Below are positions 1 to 12,004 of a stretch of DNA of 64,000 bases, one piece after another; positions within the stretch are counted from its first letter, which is position 1, and the number at the start of each line of letters is the position of its first letter. This stretch comes from Eledone cirrhosa (lineage: Eukaryota), in assembly GCA_964016885.1 (NCBI GenBank), contig OZ024766.1, positions 20,770,001 to 20,834,000 on the forward strand, written 5' to 3'. A program made the position numbers and the translations under genes. The notes beneath the pieces were generated by a model. It made no database searches. It was given only the letters and a program-made list of their open reading frames with translations, and was not told the DNA's origin.

Positions 1-332
1 AAAGGCTCCCAGTCCATACTGTAAGGTGGTCATGTAGGAGACACAGTAAAAAGGCTCCTAGTCCACACTGTAAAGTGGTCATGTAGGAAACACAGTAAAA
101 AGGCTCCCAGTCCACACTGTAAAGTGGTCATGTAGGAGACACAGTAAAAAGGCTCCCAGTCCACACTGTAAATGTGGTTGGTGTTAGGAAGGGCATCTAG
201 CCGTAGAAAACTCTGCCAGAGACACATCTGTACGAGTGAGGCACGGTCTCCTGACCATTCCCGCATCCAATTGAACAAAACCATCTAACCCATGCTAGCG
301 TGGAAGATGGCCGTTTAACGATAATGATGATG
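1..332 (+). mobile_element. 3' end of an RTE-type LINE/SINE, preceded by 49-bp tandem units
   Basis: 49-bp units (1-170) run into GGTTGGTGTTAGGAAGGGCATC...CCATGCTAGCGTGGAAG and a (GAT)n-like tail, the same 3' terminus as the RTE copy ending near 7984. Confidence 0.75.
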
Positions 333-761
333 AATTGTAGCTTGTAATTAACTGCCTGCCTCCTTCCCCAATACTATGGTGTTAATATGCTCGTCTTTTC
401 CCCTTCCATAAATTCCTGGCCTCTTGCCAATACCGAAAAGAATTATTTCACACTGATGAGGCACAACAAGGTAGAAACAATATTTGTATATAGATATCAG
501 AAGAATACATATTACATCTGAAATGTAGAATTATCTCAATAAATATTAGGTGAAAAATATATTGTGTATGTCTTAATCAACGATTTTTGTTTTATACCTT
601 TGTTAAGTTATGTTCCAGACCTACCAGGTTCTATGATACAAAGTTGTTTGTTTTAAAGTGTTTATATCTATCTAGAAACCTTTCAACATAATTTTATGTA
701 AGAACCTTTGTTAAGTTATGCTCCAAAAACCATAGACAGTGTCTTTCATTAGAAATATGGT

Positions 762-1300
762 TATGTATACATTTTTGAGGGACACCTGTAAACTATATAT
801 ATATATATATATACAGGGTGTCCGAAAAAATGTATACACACTTTGCTGAGAATGTAGTTGACGTGTGTATACATTTTTGAGGGACACCTGTAAACTATAT
901 ATATATATATATATATACAGGGTGTCCAAAAAAATGTATACACACTTTGCTGAGAACGTAGTTGAAGTATGTATACATTTTTGCGGGACACCTGTAAACT
1001 ATATATATATATATATATATACAGGGTGTCCAAAAAAATGTATACACACTTTGCTGAGAACGTAGTTGAAGTATGTATACATTTTTGCGGGACACCTGTA
1101 AACTATATATATATATATACAGGGTGTCCCTAAAAAAGGTGTACACACTTCAATTGCATACTAATCAGTGTGTATACATATTTGGGGGACACTCTGAATA
1201 CCACTGTCTCACTATATACATGATGTCCCGAAAAAACGTATACACACTTTGATTATAACGCAGTTGATGTGTGTATACATTTTTTGGGGACACTCTGTAT
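762..1300. mobile_element. Tandem cluster of ~80-bp hairpin MITEs with Tc1/mariner-like ends
   Basis: Units such as 812-892 begin TACAGGGTGTCC..AAAAAATGTATACACAC and end GTGTGTATACATTTTT..GGGACACCTGTA (inverted termini, TA flanks). They are separated by (TA)n, with more diverged copies at about 1118-1300. Confidence 0.7.
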
Positions 1301-3040
1301 ACCTCTCTCTTAATACTCTTTCCCTCTTTTTCTTTCTCTCTCTCTCTCCCTATCTCTGCCCTTTTTTCTTTCTCTCTCTTTCACACACTCTCTCTCTCTC
1401 TCTCTTAGTTCTCCCTCGCCCCTCTCCTTTTATCTATCTTTCCTTTAGACCCCCTCTTTTCACCCTCTCTCTATCTCTATCTTAAACCTCTCCCTTCTCC
1501 TCCTCCTCTCTTTATCAAGCCATTAAAAATGTCCGTCATTTTCTTCCTCTCTCTCTTCTCTCCCTCTCTCTCTGTCAAGCTACCAACTCTTTCTTCTCTC
1601 CCCCTCTCTCTGTCAAGCTACCAACTCTTTCTTCTCTCCCTCTCTCTGTCAAGCTACCAACTCTTTCTTCTCTCCCTCTCTCTGTCAAGCTACCAACTCT
1701 TTCCTCTCTCCCCCTCTCTCTGTCAAGCTACCAACTCTTTCTTCTCTCCCTCTCTCTGTCAAGCTACCAACTCTTTCTTCTCTCCCCCTCTCTCTGTCAA
1801 GCTACCAACTCTTTCTTCTCTCCCCCTCTCTCTGTCGAGCTACCAACTCTTTCTTCTCTCCCCCTCTCTCTATTAAGTCACCAACTCTTTCTTCTCCCCT
1901 CTCTCTATGTCTTTGTCAAAACCTTCGGCCCTTCCTCCCCTCTCTCTCTCTATTAAGTGAATAACCCTACCTTCTCCCCCTCTCTCTATCTCTCTGTCAA
2001 ACTTTCGCCCTTCCTCCCCCTCTCTTTATTAAGCCATCAACTCTTTCTACTCTCTCTCTATTAAACTACGATCTTTTCCCCTCTCTCTCTATCTCTCACT
2101 GTTTCTCTCTATTCTCTCTCTCTCTCTCTATCGATATCAAACAACCGTTCCTTCCCCCCCCCTCTCTTTATCTCAGTGTCTCTCTTCGTTCCTTCCTCCA
2201 CCTCTGTCTTTTTATCTCTCTCTCCCTCTCTCTCTCTCCAAAGCTAATTAACTTTCCTTCTCTTCCTCTCCCTCTCTCTCTCTGTCAAACTGTCGTCTTT
2301 TTCTTCCCCCCCCCTGTCTATCTTACTCTCTCTCTTCGCTCTTTTCTCCCCCTCTCTCTTTATCTTACTCTCTCTCTTCGCTCTTCTCTCCCCCCTCTCT
2401 CTTTATCTTAGTATCTCTCTTCGATCTTTTCTCCCCCTCTCTCTATACCCCTTCCCTTCCCCTCTCTCTTTATCTTAGTCTCTCTCTTCGATCTTTTCTC
2501 CCCCTCTCCCTTTATCTTACTCTCTCTCTTCGCTCTTCTCTCCCCCCTCTCTCTTTATCTTAGTATCTCTCTTCGATCTTTTCTCCCCCTCTCTCTATAC
2601 TCCTTCCCTCCCCCTCTCTTTTTATCTTAGTCTCTCTCTTCGATCTTTTCTCCCCCTCTCCCTTTATCTTAGTCTCTCTCTTCGATCTTTTCTCCCCCTC
2701 TCCCTTTATCTTACTCTCTCTCTTCGCTCTTTCCCCCCCCCCTCTCTCTCTTTATCTTAGTATCTCTCTTCGATCTTTTCTCCCCCTCTCTCTATACTCC
2801 TTCCCTCCCCCTCTCTCTCTTTATCTTAGTCTCACTCTCTGCTCCTTCCCTCCCCCCTCTCTCTCTTTATCTTAGTCTCACTCTCTGCTCCTTCCCTCCC
2901 CCCTCTCTCTCTTTATCTTAGTCTCACTCTCTGCTCCTTCCTCCCCCTTCTCTCTCTCTTTATATCTTACTCTCTCGCTCTCTTCGCTCTTTTCTCCCCC
3001 CTCTCTCTCTATGCTCCTTTCTCCCCCTCTCTTTATCTTA

Positions 3041-3082
<42 letters not shown>

Positions 3083-3085
3083 TCA
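1300..3085. repeat. CT-rich low-complexity region with ~36-bp minisatellite (CTGTCAAGCTACCAACTCTTTC...) at ~1570-1890
   Basis: Directly visible periodicity. Confidence 0.85.
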
Positions 3086-3421
3086 AAGCTAACAAACTTT
3101 ACCTGTTAGTCATTGCAGTCACGTAGCCGGACAAGCTACAGGTGTGTATCTACCTTTTTACCTGTGTCGCCATACAACATCCACTACCTGCTTAACTAGA
3201 GCACATTACATCCTTCTTCTCCCTTTCTCTTCTCCACCACTGCCGTAGTGACACTACTAGGCCTCCACCATCGCCTCTAGCTTACTACTTGTTGTTCGTC
3301 TCTTGCGACAAACACCACCACCACCGCCGCCGGCGCCGCCGCTACAGGTAACTTTGGCGACAAATACGTCACCGTGGTGTCTCTGGCTGGTCCCCCCCCC
3401 GTACCGCCGCCGCTCCCCGCC

Positions 3422-4345
<924 letters not shown>

Positions 4346-4900
4346 ACACACTACCACACCACCAACACAACTTCACCACCACCACCACCACAACACCACC
4401 ACCACCACCACCACAACACCACCACCACAACACTACAACCACCACAACACCACACCACCACAACCACACTACAACCCCACCACCAACACACCACCACCAC
4501 ACCACTACCACACCACCACCAACACCACAACACCACCACACTACAACACCACCACCACCACACTACAACACCAACACAACACCACCACACTACAACACCA
4601 CCACCACAACCACACCACCACTACTGTCACCAACACCACCACCACACCACTACCACACCACCACCACACCACCACCACCACCACAACACCACCACCACAC
4701 CACCACCACAACAACCACCACACCAACACCACCACCACACTACAACACCACCACCAACACCACAACACCACCACCACACCACACCACTAACACCACCACC
4801 GTCACCACCACCACACCACAACACCACCACCACCACAACACCACCACCACACCACCACCACAACAACCACCACAACCACCGCCACTGTCACCACCACCAA
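4346..4900. repeat. (CAC/CAA)n low-complexity tract
   Basis: Degenerate trinucleotide repeat. Confidence 0.9.
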
Positions 4901-4980
4901 CACTAACCCCCTAACTCTAACCCGACCTCCCCCCCCAACATAACCTCACCTTTACTCACCTGTGTCACAGGTAAAAAACA

Positions 4981-5150
4981 ATGGATTACCTAGATAAGTT
5001 CCACAACGCTGCAACAAACGGGTACCTGGATATCGTGGGGCAGGCCACCAGACGAGAACTTAACCAGGTAGACGAAGATGGGGTAACACCAACCCACTGC
5101 GCAGCAGCTGCGGGCCGCTTGGATGTCCTCAGGACCATTATAGGACGAGG
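4981..5150 (+). CDS. USH1G: SANS/USH1G-ANKS4B homolog, coding exon 1 (N-terminus, first ankyrin repeat)
   Basis: Translates MDYLDKFHNAATNGYLDIVGQATRRELNQVDEDGVTPTHCAAAAGRLDVLRTIIGRG, matching the SANS N-terminus as recalled (..[32 protein letters not shown]..). Ends GG|GTAAGT, phase 2. Confidence 0.93.
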
Positions 5151-5197
5151 GTAAGTGGTGTCTCTGTTGTTCTTGTTGTTGTTCTTGTTGTATGTAT

Positions 5198-6064
5198 ATC
5201 ATCATCATCATCATCATCATCAGGTTTAGCGTCCGTGTTCCACGCTTGCATGGGTTTGGACGGGGGTTTTCCCACTTGAGGCAAGAGTGGTTGTCTTGCT
5301 CGCATAGGACTGTCTGGCGGGTTTTCTACGGCTGGATGCCCTTCCTAACACCAACCACGTTTACAGTGTGGGGCTGGGAGGTTTTTACCGTGTTGCCTAC
5401 ACGGCCACATTACAGCGTGGACTGTCTGGCGGGTTTTCTACGGCTGGATGCCCTTCCTAACACCAACCACGTTTACAGTGTGGGGCTGGGAGGTTTTTAC
5501 CGTGTTGCCTACACGGCCACATTACAGCGTGGACTGTCTGGTGGGTTTTCTACGGCTGGATGCCCTTCCTAACACCAACCACGTTTACAGTGTGGGGCTG
5601 GGAGGTTTTTACCGTGTTACCTACACGGCCACATTACAGCGTGGACTGTCTGGCGGGTTTTCTACGGCTGGATGCCCTTCCTAACACCAACCACATTTAC
5701 AGTGTGGGGCTGGGAGGTTTTTACCGTGTTGCCTACACGGCCACATTACAGCGTGGACTGTCTGGCGGGTTTTCTACGGCTGGATGCCCTTCCTAACACC
5801 AACCACATTTACAGTGTGGGGCTGGGAGGTTTTTACCGTGTTGCCTACACGGCCACATTACAGCGTGGACTGTGTTTTTTTGTCATGACACCTACACGAT
5901 CTCATTTGTTTCGGCCTGGATGTTGTGGCACCAACATAACTTTACATTGAAAGGGGCGGTGGGGGTGGTAGGACGGGGGTGTATTTTGTTAGAGATGCCT
6001 ACTGACTGTAGTAGGTTTTACTTTGTATTTAGGTAAGGCGGGTCTTCTCTATTACTGAGTACTC
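5198..6064 (-). mobile_element. RTE-type LINE 3' fragment (family A): last codons, 3' UTR with ~5 copies of a 112-bp repeat, (GAT)n tail
   Basis: Minus strand reads ..SVIEKTRLT* then UTR; (ATC)n at 5198-5222. Homologous to 13648-14690 and 57890-64000. Confidence 0.8.
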
Positions 6065-6069
6065 TATAT

Positions 6070-7668
6070 GTGTGTATAGCTGCCGAGATGCTGAAGGCAT
6101 CTGGGTCTGTAGGTCACACTATAACCACACGTATCGTTAACCAGGTAATACTAGAGGGGGCCATACCAAAAGATTGGTGCAGTAGCATCATTGTCAACTG
6201 CTACAAAGGTAAAGGCGATGCACTAGATAGAGGAAACTATAGAGGTATAAAGTTGATGGACCAGGTCATGAAAGTAACAGAAAGAGTTATAGCACAGCTG
6301 ATTAGGGACCGGGTGAATATAGACGAGATGCAATTTGGGTTTGTTCCAGGGAAAGGCACCACTGATGCGCTCTTCCTTGTGAGGCAATTACAGGAAAAGT
6401 ACCTAGCTAAAAGTAAGCCACTCTACTTGGCATTTGTCGACCTTGAGAAAGCCTTTGACAGAGTTCCACGTGCAGTAATCTGGTGGGCTCTTAGAAAACT
6501 AGGAGTAGATGAATGGCTTGTGAAAGCGGTACAAGCCATGTATAGGGGAGCAGTCAGCAAAGTTAGGATTGGCAATGAGTATAGCGAGGAATTTAGCGTA
6601 CAGGTTGGGGTCCACCAGGGCTCTGTTCTTAGCCCTCTCCTGTTCATCATAGTCCTGCAGGCAATAACGGAGGAGTTTAAGACCGGATGCCCATGGGAAC
6701 TCCTGTATGCTGATGACCTCGCACTCATAGCTGAATCTATGGTAGAACTAGAGAATAAATTCCAAACCTGGAAGCAGGGACTAGAGAGAAAGGGCCTCAA
6801 AGTCAACATGACAAAGACTAAGGTCCTTATAAGTAGACGAGAAAACAGAACCCAGATCCCCTCAGGGAAATGGCCTTGCTCAGTATGTAGGAAAGGTGTA
6901 GGTAGGAACTCCATTCTCTGCCCCAAATGCAAACAATGGGTACACAAGAGATGTAGCGGGATCTCAGGAAGCTTAATTAAGAATGTAGGATTCACATGCA
7001 GCAGCTGTGCTGAAACAGCAAGCAAACAGCCACAGGAAACAAGTACCACCAATCTCTGGGAGGGCCCTGTAGAAACAGTAGACAGCTTCTGCTACCTAGG
7101 TGACCGAATTAGCAACGGAGGTGGGTGCTCAGAAAGTACAATAACTAGGGTAAGAACGGGATGGAAGAAGTTTAGGGAACTACTACCACTGCTAGCTGCA
7201 AAAGGCTTCTCCCTCAGAATGAAAGGCAGACTGTATGATGCGTGTATCCGAACAGCGATGTTGCATGGTAGTGAGACCTGGGCGCTGAAGGTGGAAGACT
7301 TACGTAGATTAGAGAGAAACGAAGCCTGCATGCTCCGATGGATGTGTAACAGTAATATACGTGAACGACAAAGCATAAATGAATTGAGAGAGAGACTGAG
7401 CATAAGAGGAATCAAATGCTGCGTGCAGGAGAGGCGGTTACGCTGGTATGGACATGTGATGCGTATGAAGGATGACAGCTGCATAAAAAGGTGCAGAGCA
7501 CTAGAAGTTGATGGAAACCGCGGAGTGGGGAGACCCAAGATGACTTGGGATGAGGTGATAAAAGCCGACCTTACCCAACTACACCTCTCAAAGTCAATGA
7601 CACACGACCGTGACTTCTGGCGTCCCGCAGTAATACAGGGTACCCGACCTCCCATGGGTACATGCTGA
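6070..7668 (+). CDS. Reverse transcriptase ORF (partial) of RTE LINE
   Basis: Uninterrupted 532-codon frame with the YADD catalytic motif. There is no true start; the frame is 5' truncated. Confidence 0.85.
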   Translation: MCIAAEMLKASGSVGHTITTRIVNQVILEGAIPKDWCSSIIVNCYKGKGDALDRGNYRGIKLMDQVMKVTERVIAQLIRDRVNIDEMQFGFVPGKGTTDALFLVRQLQEKYLAKSKPLYLAFVDLEKAFDRVPRAVIWWALRKLGVDEWLVKAVQAMYRGAVSKVRIGNEYSEEFSVQVGVHQGSVLSPLLFIIVLQAITEEFKTGCPWELLYADDLALIAESMVELENKFQTWKQGLERKGLKVNMTKTKVLISRRENRTQIPSGKWPCSVCRKGVGRNSILCPKCKQWVHKRCSGISGSLIKNVGFTCSSCAETASKQPQETSTTNLWEGPVETVDSFCYLGDRISNGGGCSESTITRVRTGWKKFRELLPLLAAKGFSLRMKGRLYDACIRTAMLHGSETWALKVEDLRRLERNEACMLRWMCNSNIRERQSINELRERLSIRGIKCCVQERRLRWYGHVMRMKDDSCIKRCRALEVDGNRGVGRPKMTWDEVIKADLTQLHLSKSMTHDRDFWRPAVIQGTRPPMGTC

Positions 7669-7984
7669 AGCATATAAACAATATGCCCCCCCCCCCCCCC
7701 CCCCCCACCGCAAGGTGGTCGTGGAGGTGCCACGGCAAAAAAGCACCCAGCCCACACTGTAAAGTGGACGTGTAGGCGCCACGAAAAAGCACCCAGCACT
7801 CACTGTAAATGAGGTTGGTGTTAGGAAGGGCATCCAGCTGTAGAAATCAAGCCAGATCAGTTCCTGTATGAGCAAGGCATGGTCAGCCGACCAGACACTG
7901 CCCACAACAGGACAACCCGTCTAACCCATGCTAGCGTGGAAGAACGGACGTAAAACGGTGATGATGATGATGATGATGATGATA
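6070..7984 (+). mobile_element. 5'-truncated RTE-clade non-LTR retrotransposon (family B) in SANS intron 1
   Basis: Open frame 6070-7668 has RT motifs (NYRGI, QFGF, FVDLEKAFD, GVHQGSVLSPLLF, YADD, YLG), a C4HC3 finger and the RTE C-terminus (RRLRWYGHV..GRPK.TW). It is followed by a 3' UTR and (GAT)n tail; no endonuclease domain is present. Confidence 0.95.
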
Positions 7985-8032
7985 TATATCATCATCATCA
8001 TCATCACCGTTCTACATCCGTTCTTCCACGCT

Positions 8033-9141
8033 ATGTACAAATGTCAGGGAAGTGAACAGTGTATGAGTCATGATATACAGACAGATAAATGGCTGCGTGT
8101 GTATGGAGGGGGAATATCAGGTGTAGTGTTGGCAAATCTCAGGAAGTATGGCAGTTTTAAAGGATGCAGTGTCTCGACAGCTAACAACTGATGCAGGGAG
8201 TTTGTTCCATGGAGGTTTTAAAAGATGCAGTGTCTCGACAGCTAACAACTGATGCAGGAAGTTTGTTCCATGGAGGTTTTAAAGGATGCAGTGTCTCGAC
8301 AGCTAACAACTGATGCAGGAAGTTTGTTCCATGGAGGTTTTAAAGGATGCAGTATCTCGACAGCTAACAACTGATGCAGGAAGTTTGTTCCATGGAGGCC
8401 TTAAAGGATGCAGTGTCTCGACAGCTAACAACTGATGCAGGTAGTTTGTTCCATGGAGGTTTTAAAGGATGCAGTGTCTCGACAGCTAACAACTGATGCA
8501 GGAAGTTTGTTCCATGGAGGTGTTAAAGGATGCAGTGTCTCGACAGCTAACAACTGATGCAGGTAGTTTGTTCCATGGAGGTTTTAAAGGATGCAGTGTC
8601 TCGACAGCTAACAACTGATGCAGGAAGTTTGTTCCATGGAGGTGTTAAAGGATGCAGTGTCTCGACAGCTAACAACTGATGCAGGGAGTTTGTTCCATGG
8701 AGGTTTTAAAGGATGCAGTGTCTCGACAGCTAACAACTGATGCAGGTAGTTTGTTCCATGGAGGTTTTAAAGGATGCAGTGTCTCGACAGCTAACAACTG
8801 ATGCAGGTAGTTTGTTCCATGGAGGTTTTAAAGGATGCAGTGTCTCGACAGCTAACAACTGATGCAGGGAGTTTGTTCCATGGAGGTGTTAAAGGATGCA
8901 GTGTCTCGACAGCTAACAACTGATGCAGGGAGTTTGTTCCATGGAGGTTTTAAAGGATGCAGTGTCTCGACAGCTAACAACTGATGCAGGTAGTTTGTTC
9001 CATGGAGGTTTTAAAGGATGCAGTGTCTCGACAGCTAACAACTGATGCAGGGAGTTTGTTCCATGGAGGTTTTAAAGGATGCAGTGTCTCGACAGCTAAC
9101 AACTGATGCAGGGAGTTTGTTCCATGGAGGTTTTAAAGGAT
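8033..9141 (-). mobile_element. CR1/L2-like LINE 3' fragment with a 61-bp tandem array (~16 copies, ~8150-9140)
   Basis: The reverse complement of the unit encodes WNKLPASVVSCRDTASFK (the WNxLP..FK C-terminal motif) and continues TAILPEICQHYT* into unique sequence. Confidence 0.75.
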
Positions 9142-9144
9142 GTA

Positions 9145-10117
9145 TATATATATATATATAAAACTGTGGTTGTCTGTCTGTCTATCGATTTTTGGCACTC
9201 ATCTCCTCTTAGAATCTCTGACGGAATTGCACCGAAATTGCTATACTTGTACATTGAGCCCTAGCGAAGACATTGGAAAAAAAATATTTCAAATTGACCC
9301 ACCCTATGTGACGAAATCGAATATAATGTATCGATTTTTGAGCGTAAGTTATCAGTTATTTCCCTTTGTTCTGTTTACATTGAGCGTCTTACGTAAAAAA
9401 TTACGCTGGCTTTCTCAGCGTTTAAAATGACATTAACACAATACACGAACAGTTGTCGAGCCAGCAAAATATTGACCTGCAAAATTCATCAGTTCGAACA
9501 CTAAGCTTCCGTTTTGCTTCATTTCCATTTAAAAGCATTTTAAAACAATATTTTTACTTGAAAACAAGTCTATTTAAAGACTACGTAAAACAAGCAAATA
9601 TTTCGTCGTTAGGCGTGCAGACAGACAGTCGTGCAGAGAGGTGATATAGGCGTGCAGACAGACAGTCGTGCAGACAGATGATATAGGCGTGCAGACAGAT
9701 AGTCGTGCAGAGAGGTGATATAGGCGTGCAGACAGACAGTCGTGCAGAGAGGTGATATAGGCGTGCAGACAGACAGTCGTGCAGAGAGGTGATATAGGCG
9801 TGCAGACAGACATAACTGATAATTTGGTTACGCTAATGTTTTTCTCTGCGTTGCAGTGTTTACATTTTCGATCTTTGTTAATAAATAACCAGTGCAGTTT
9901 CTATCCCCAGCATCCTCTTTTGTTATAACATTCGGGTTATCGTTATGTTTTCTTAACTTCATAAGGCATATTGTTGGTTGAGGGAATATTAATCAAAAAC
10001 ACCACATGCAAGTCTGCACAGTAGACACTACAGTTTTTAAGCCAAGAAAGAAACTTAACATTGTAACTTTAACACAGCTACTGAGCGACCCCGAGCAACG
10101 CCGGGCTTTACTGCTAG
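9145..10117 (+). mobile_element. Non-autonomous Helitron
   Basis: Starts TATATATAAAA followed by (GTCT)n. Ends with hairpin CCCGAGCAACGCCGGG then CTAG|T (10114-10117). Internal 37-bp tandem repeat at ~9610-9812. Confidence 0.8.
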
Positions 10118-10297
10118 TATATATATAAAGTGTTTCACATAAAAATACAACAGTATATATAGAGTAATGTAAATGTTAACATTTTTAACTTCACCTTAGG
10201 GCGTGTATGTGTTATAATAAATACTTACCACTTATCTTAAAGTGTGGATTTTTGCGTTGGTCTGTTTTAACTTATATCTTATCTCTCTCCCCCCACA

Positions 10298-10337
<40 letters not shown>

Positions 10338-10340
10338 CAG

Positions 10341-10371
<31 letters not shown>

Positions 10372-10537
10372 TTCGTTTCTGAATTTGTTTAGAAAGATTC
10401 TTTATCTGAAAACGTGTGTTGAAACCGATATTGTTATGTTTTGGGAGGATCATGTTGCCAATAAGAAACACATGCACCAGTTGTTTCACTTCAATGTTTT
10501 TCTTGATGTCAGCCCTTGTGGCCAATAAAGAAACCAT

Positions 10538-10992
10538 TATTATTATTATTATTATTGTTGTCATTACTCTTTGAGTCTCAGTCATTGATGTTGGTTAACT
10601 GGAAAGTCCGTTGAAATGAATATCAAGCCCCTACCTGCAGCCTCAGATATTCAGCACGTATCGGAGGGTTCTTGCTGTTCCCAGCAAGCATGCCTTTTGA
10701 AGCGTTCCAAAAAGCGTGAAGGGGCCGATTTTCTTTGACCATCCCTGGAAACTTTTGGAGATAGTCCCCAGTGCGCCTATGACAATCGGGACCACTTTGA
10801 CTTCATGGCAGTTCCAAATACTTTTTACCTCCCACTTTAGGTCCTGGTATCGGTTAATTTTCTCCCTCTCCTTCTCTTGCACTGACGTGTCGAACGGGCA
10901 GGCCACATCCACAATCAGACACAATCTTTTTTCTTTGTCCACAACCACCAGGTCAGGTCTGTTGTGTTCCAGTTTCTTGTCTGTCTGAATCC
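10538..10992 (-). mobile_element. R4/Dong-like non-LTR element 3' fragment (restriction-like endonuclease domain)
   Basis: HNRPDLVVVDK..LIVDVACPFD..EKINRYQDL..VPIVIGALG..LQKACLLGTARTLR, then a short UTR and (AAT)n tail. Confidence 0.85.
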
Positions 10993-10996
10993 TAAA

Positions 10997-11181
10997 AGAA
11001 ACTGGAACACAACAGACCTGACCTGGTGGTTGTGGACAAAGAAAAAAGATCGTGCCTGATTCTGAATGTGGCCTGCCCATTCGACACGAGAGTGCAAGAG
11101 AAGGAGAGGGAGAAAATTAACCGATACCAGGACTTAAAGTGGGAGGTAAAAAGGATTTGGAACTGCCATGAAGTCAAAGTG
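10997..11181 (+). mobile_element. Inverted partial second copy of the same RLE fragment
   Basis: Reverse complement of ~10793-10978 with several substitutions. Confidence 0.85.
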
Positions 11182-11389
11182 AGTTTTTTTACAAATTTCC
11201 TAGCAAACTCACACACACACACACACACACGCACACACACACACACACACACGCACGCACACATATATATATATATCATCATCATCAAATTTTATTATTA
11301 TTGGGCTTTCTCCACAGATGTCCCTCGGAAGTTTCCCCCTTATTGGGGAATTTTTCTTTGTTATTTTATTTCAACCTCTGTTTTTTTAC

Positions 11390-11479
11390 ACGCAGAAATG
11401 CCCATTTGTACCGTCCTGTATTGTCCTGTACTGTCCTTAATGTCTACTTTATGTGAACCCTTGTGGTTAATAAAGAAAA

Positions 11480-11529
<50 letters not shown>
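11390..11529 (+). mobile_element. LINE-type 3' terminus with AATAAA and (ATT)n tail
   Basis: CCCTTGTGGTTAATAAAGAAAAC(ATT)n; a related end CCCTTGTGGCCAATAAAGAAACC(ATT)n lies at ~10513-10555. Confidence 0.55.
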
Positions 11530-11530
<1 letters not shown>

Positions 11531-11544
11531 TTTTCACTTTCCAG

Positions 11545-11766
11545 AGGGAACCCTGATAAATCAGATTATCTGGGACGTACGTCCCTTCACCATGCTGTTA
11601 TGAAAGGACACATTGAAAGCGTAATATTCCTCGTGAACTGGGGTTGCAACATCTGGGCCCTGGATAACAGCCACCATGATGCATTTGATGTCAGTTCTAT
11701 GAACAACAATAAAGAAATAATTAAATTCCTTGACCAGCAACGCAACACCCAGCTGCAGAAGAACAA
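11545..11766 (+). CDS. USH1G: SANS/USH1G homolog, coding exon 2 (ankyrin repeats 2-3)
   Basis: TTTCCAG| acceptor; GNPDKSDYLGRTSLHHAVMKGHIESVIFLVNWGCNIWALDNSHHDAFDVSSMNNNKEIIKFLDQQRNTQLQKN; AA|GTGAGT donor. 222 nt, phase 2-2, in frame with exons 1 and 3. Confidence 0.93.
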
Positions 11767-11847
11767 GTGAGTTTTTTTACAAATTTCCTAGCACACACAC
11801 ACACACACACACGCACACACACGCACGTACACGTGCACACACACATG

Positions 11848-11906
<59 letters not shown>

Positions 11907-11963
11907 ATAATAATAAAATTGAAGACTAAAATCCAAAGAGGGCTCGATAAGGAAAATATATAT

Positions 11964-12002
<39 letters not shown>

Positions 12003-12004
12003 TA

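Noticed and set aside
3095-3350. Possible SANS promoter or non-coding first exon with CAGGT/ACCTG motifs and CAG|GTAACT
   Set aside because: The motifs are short and the donor resembles the adjacent minisatellite; it cannot be supported without transcript data.
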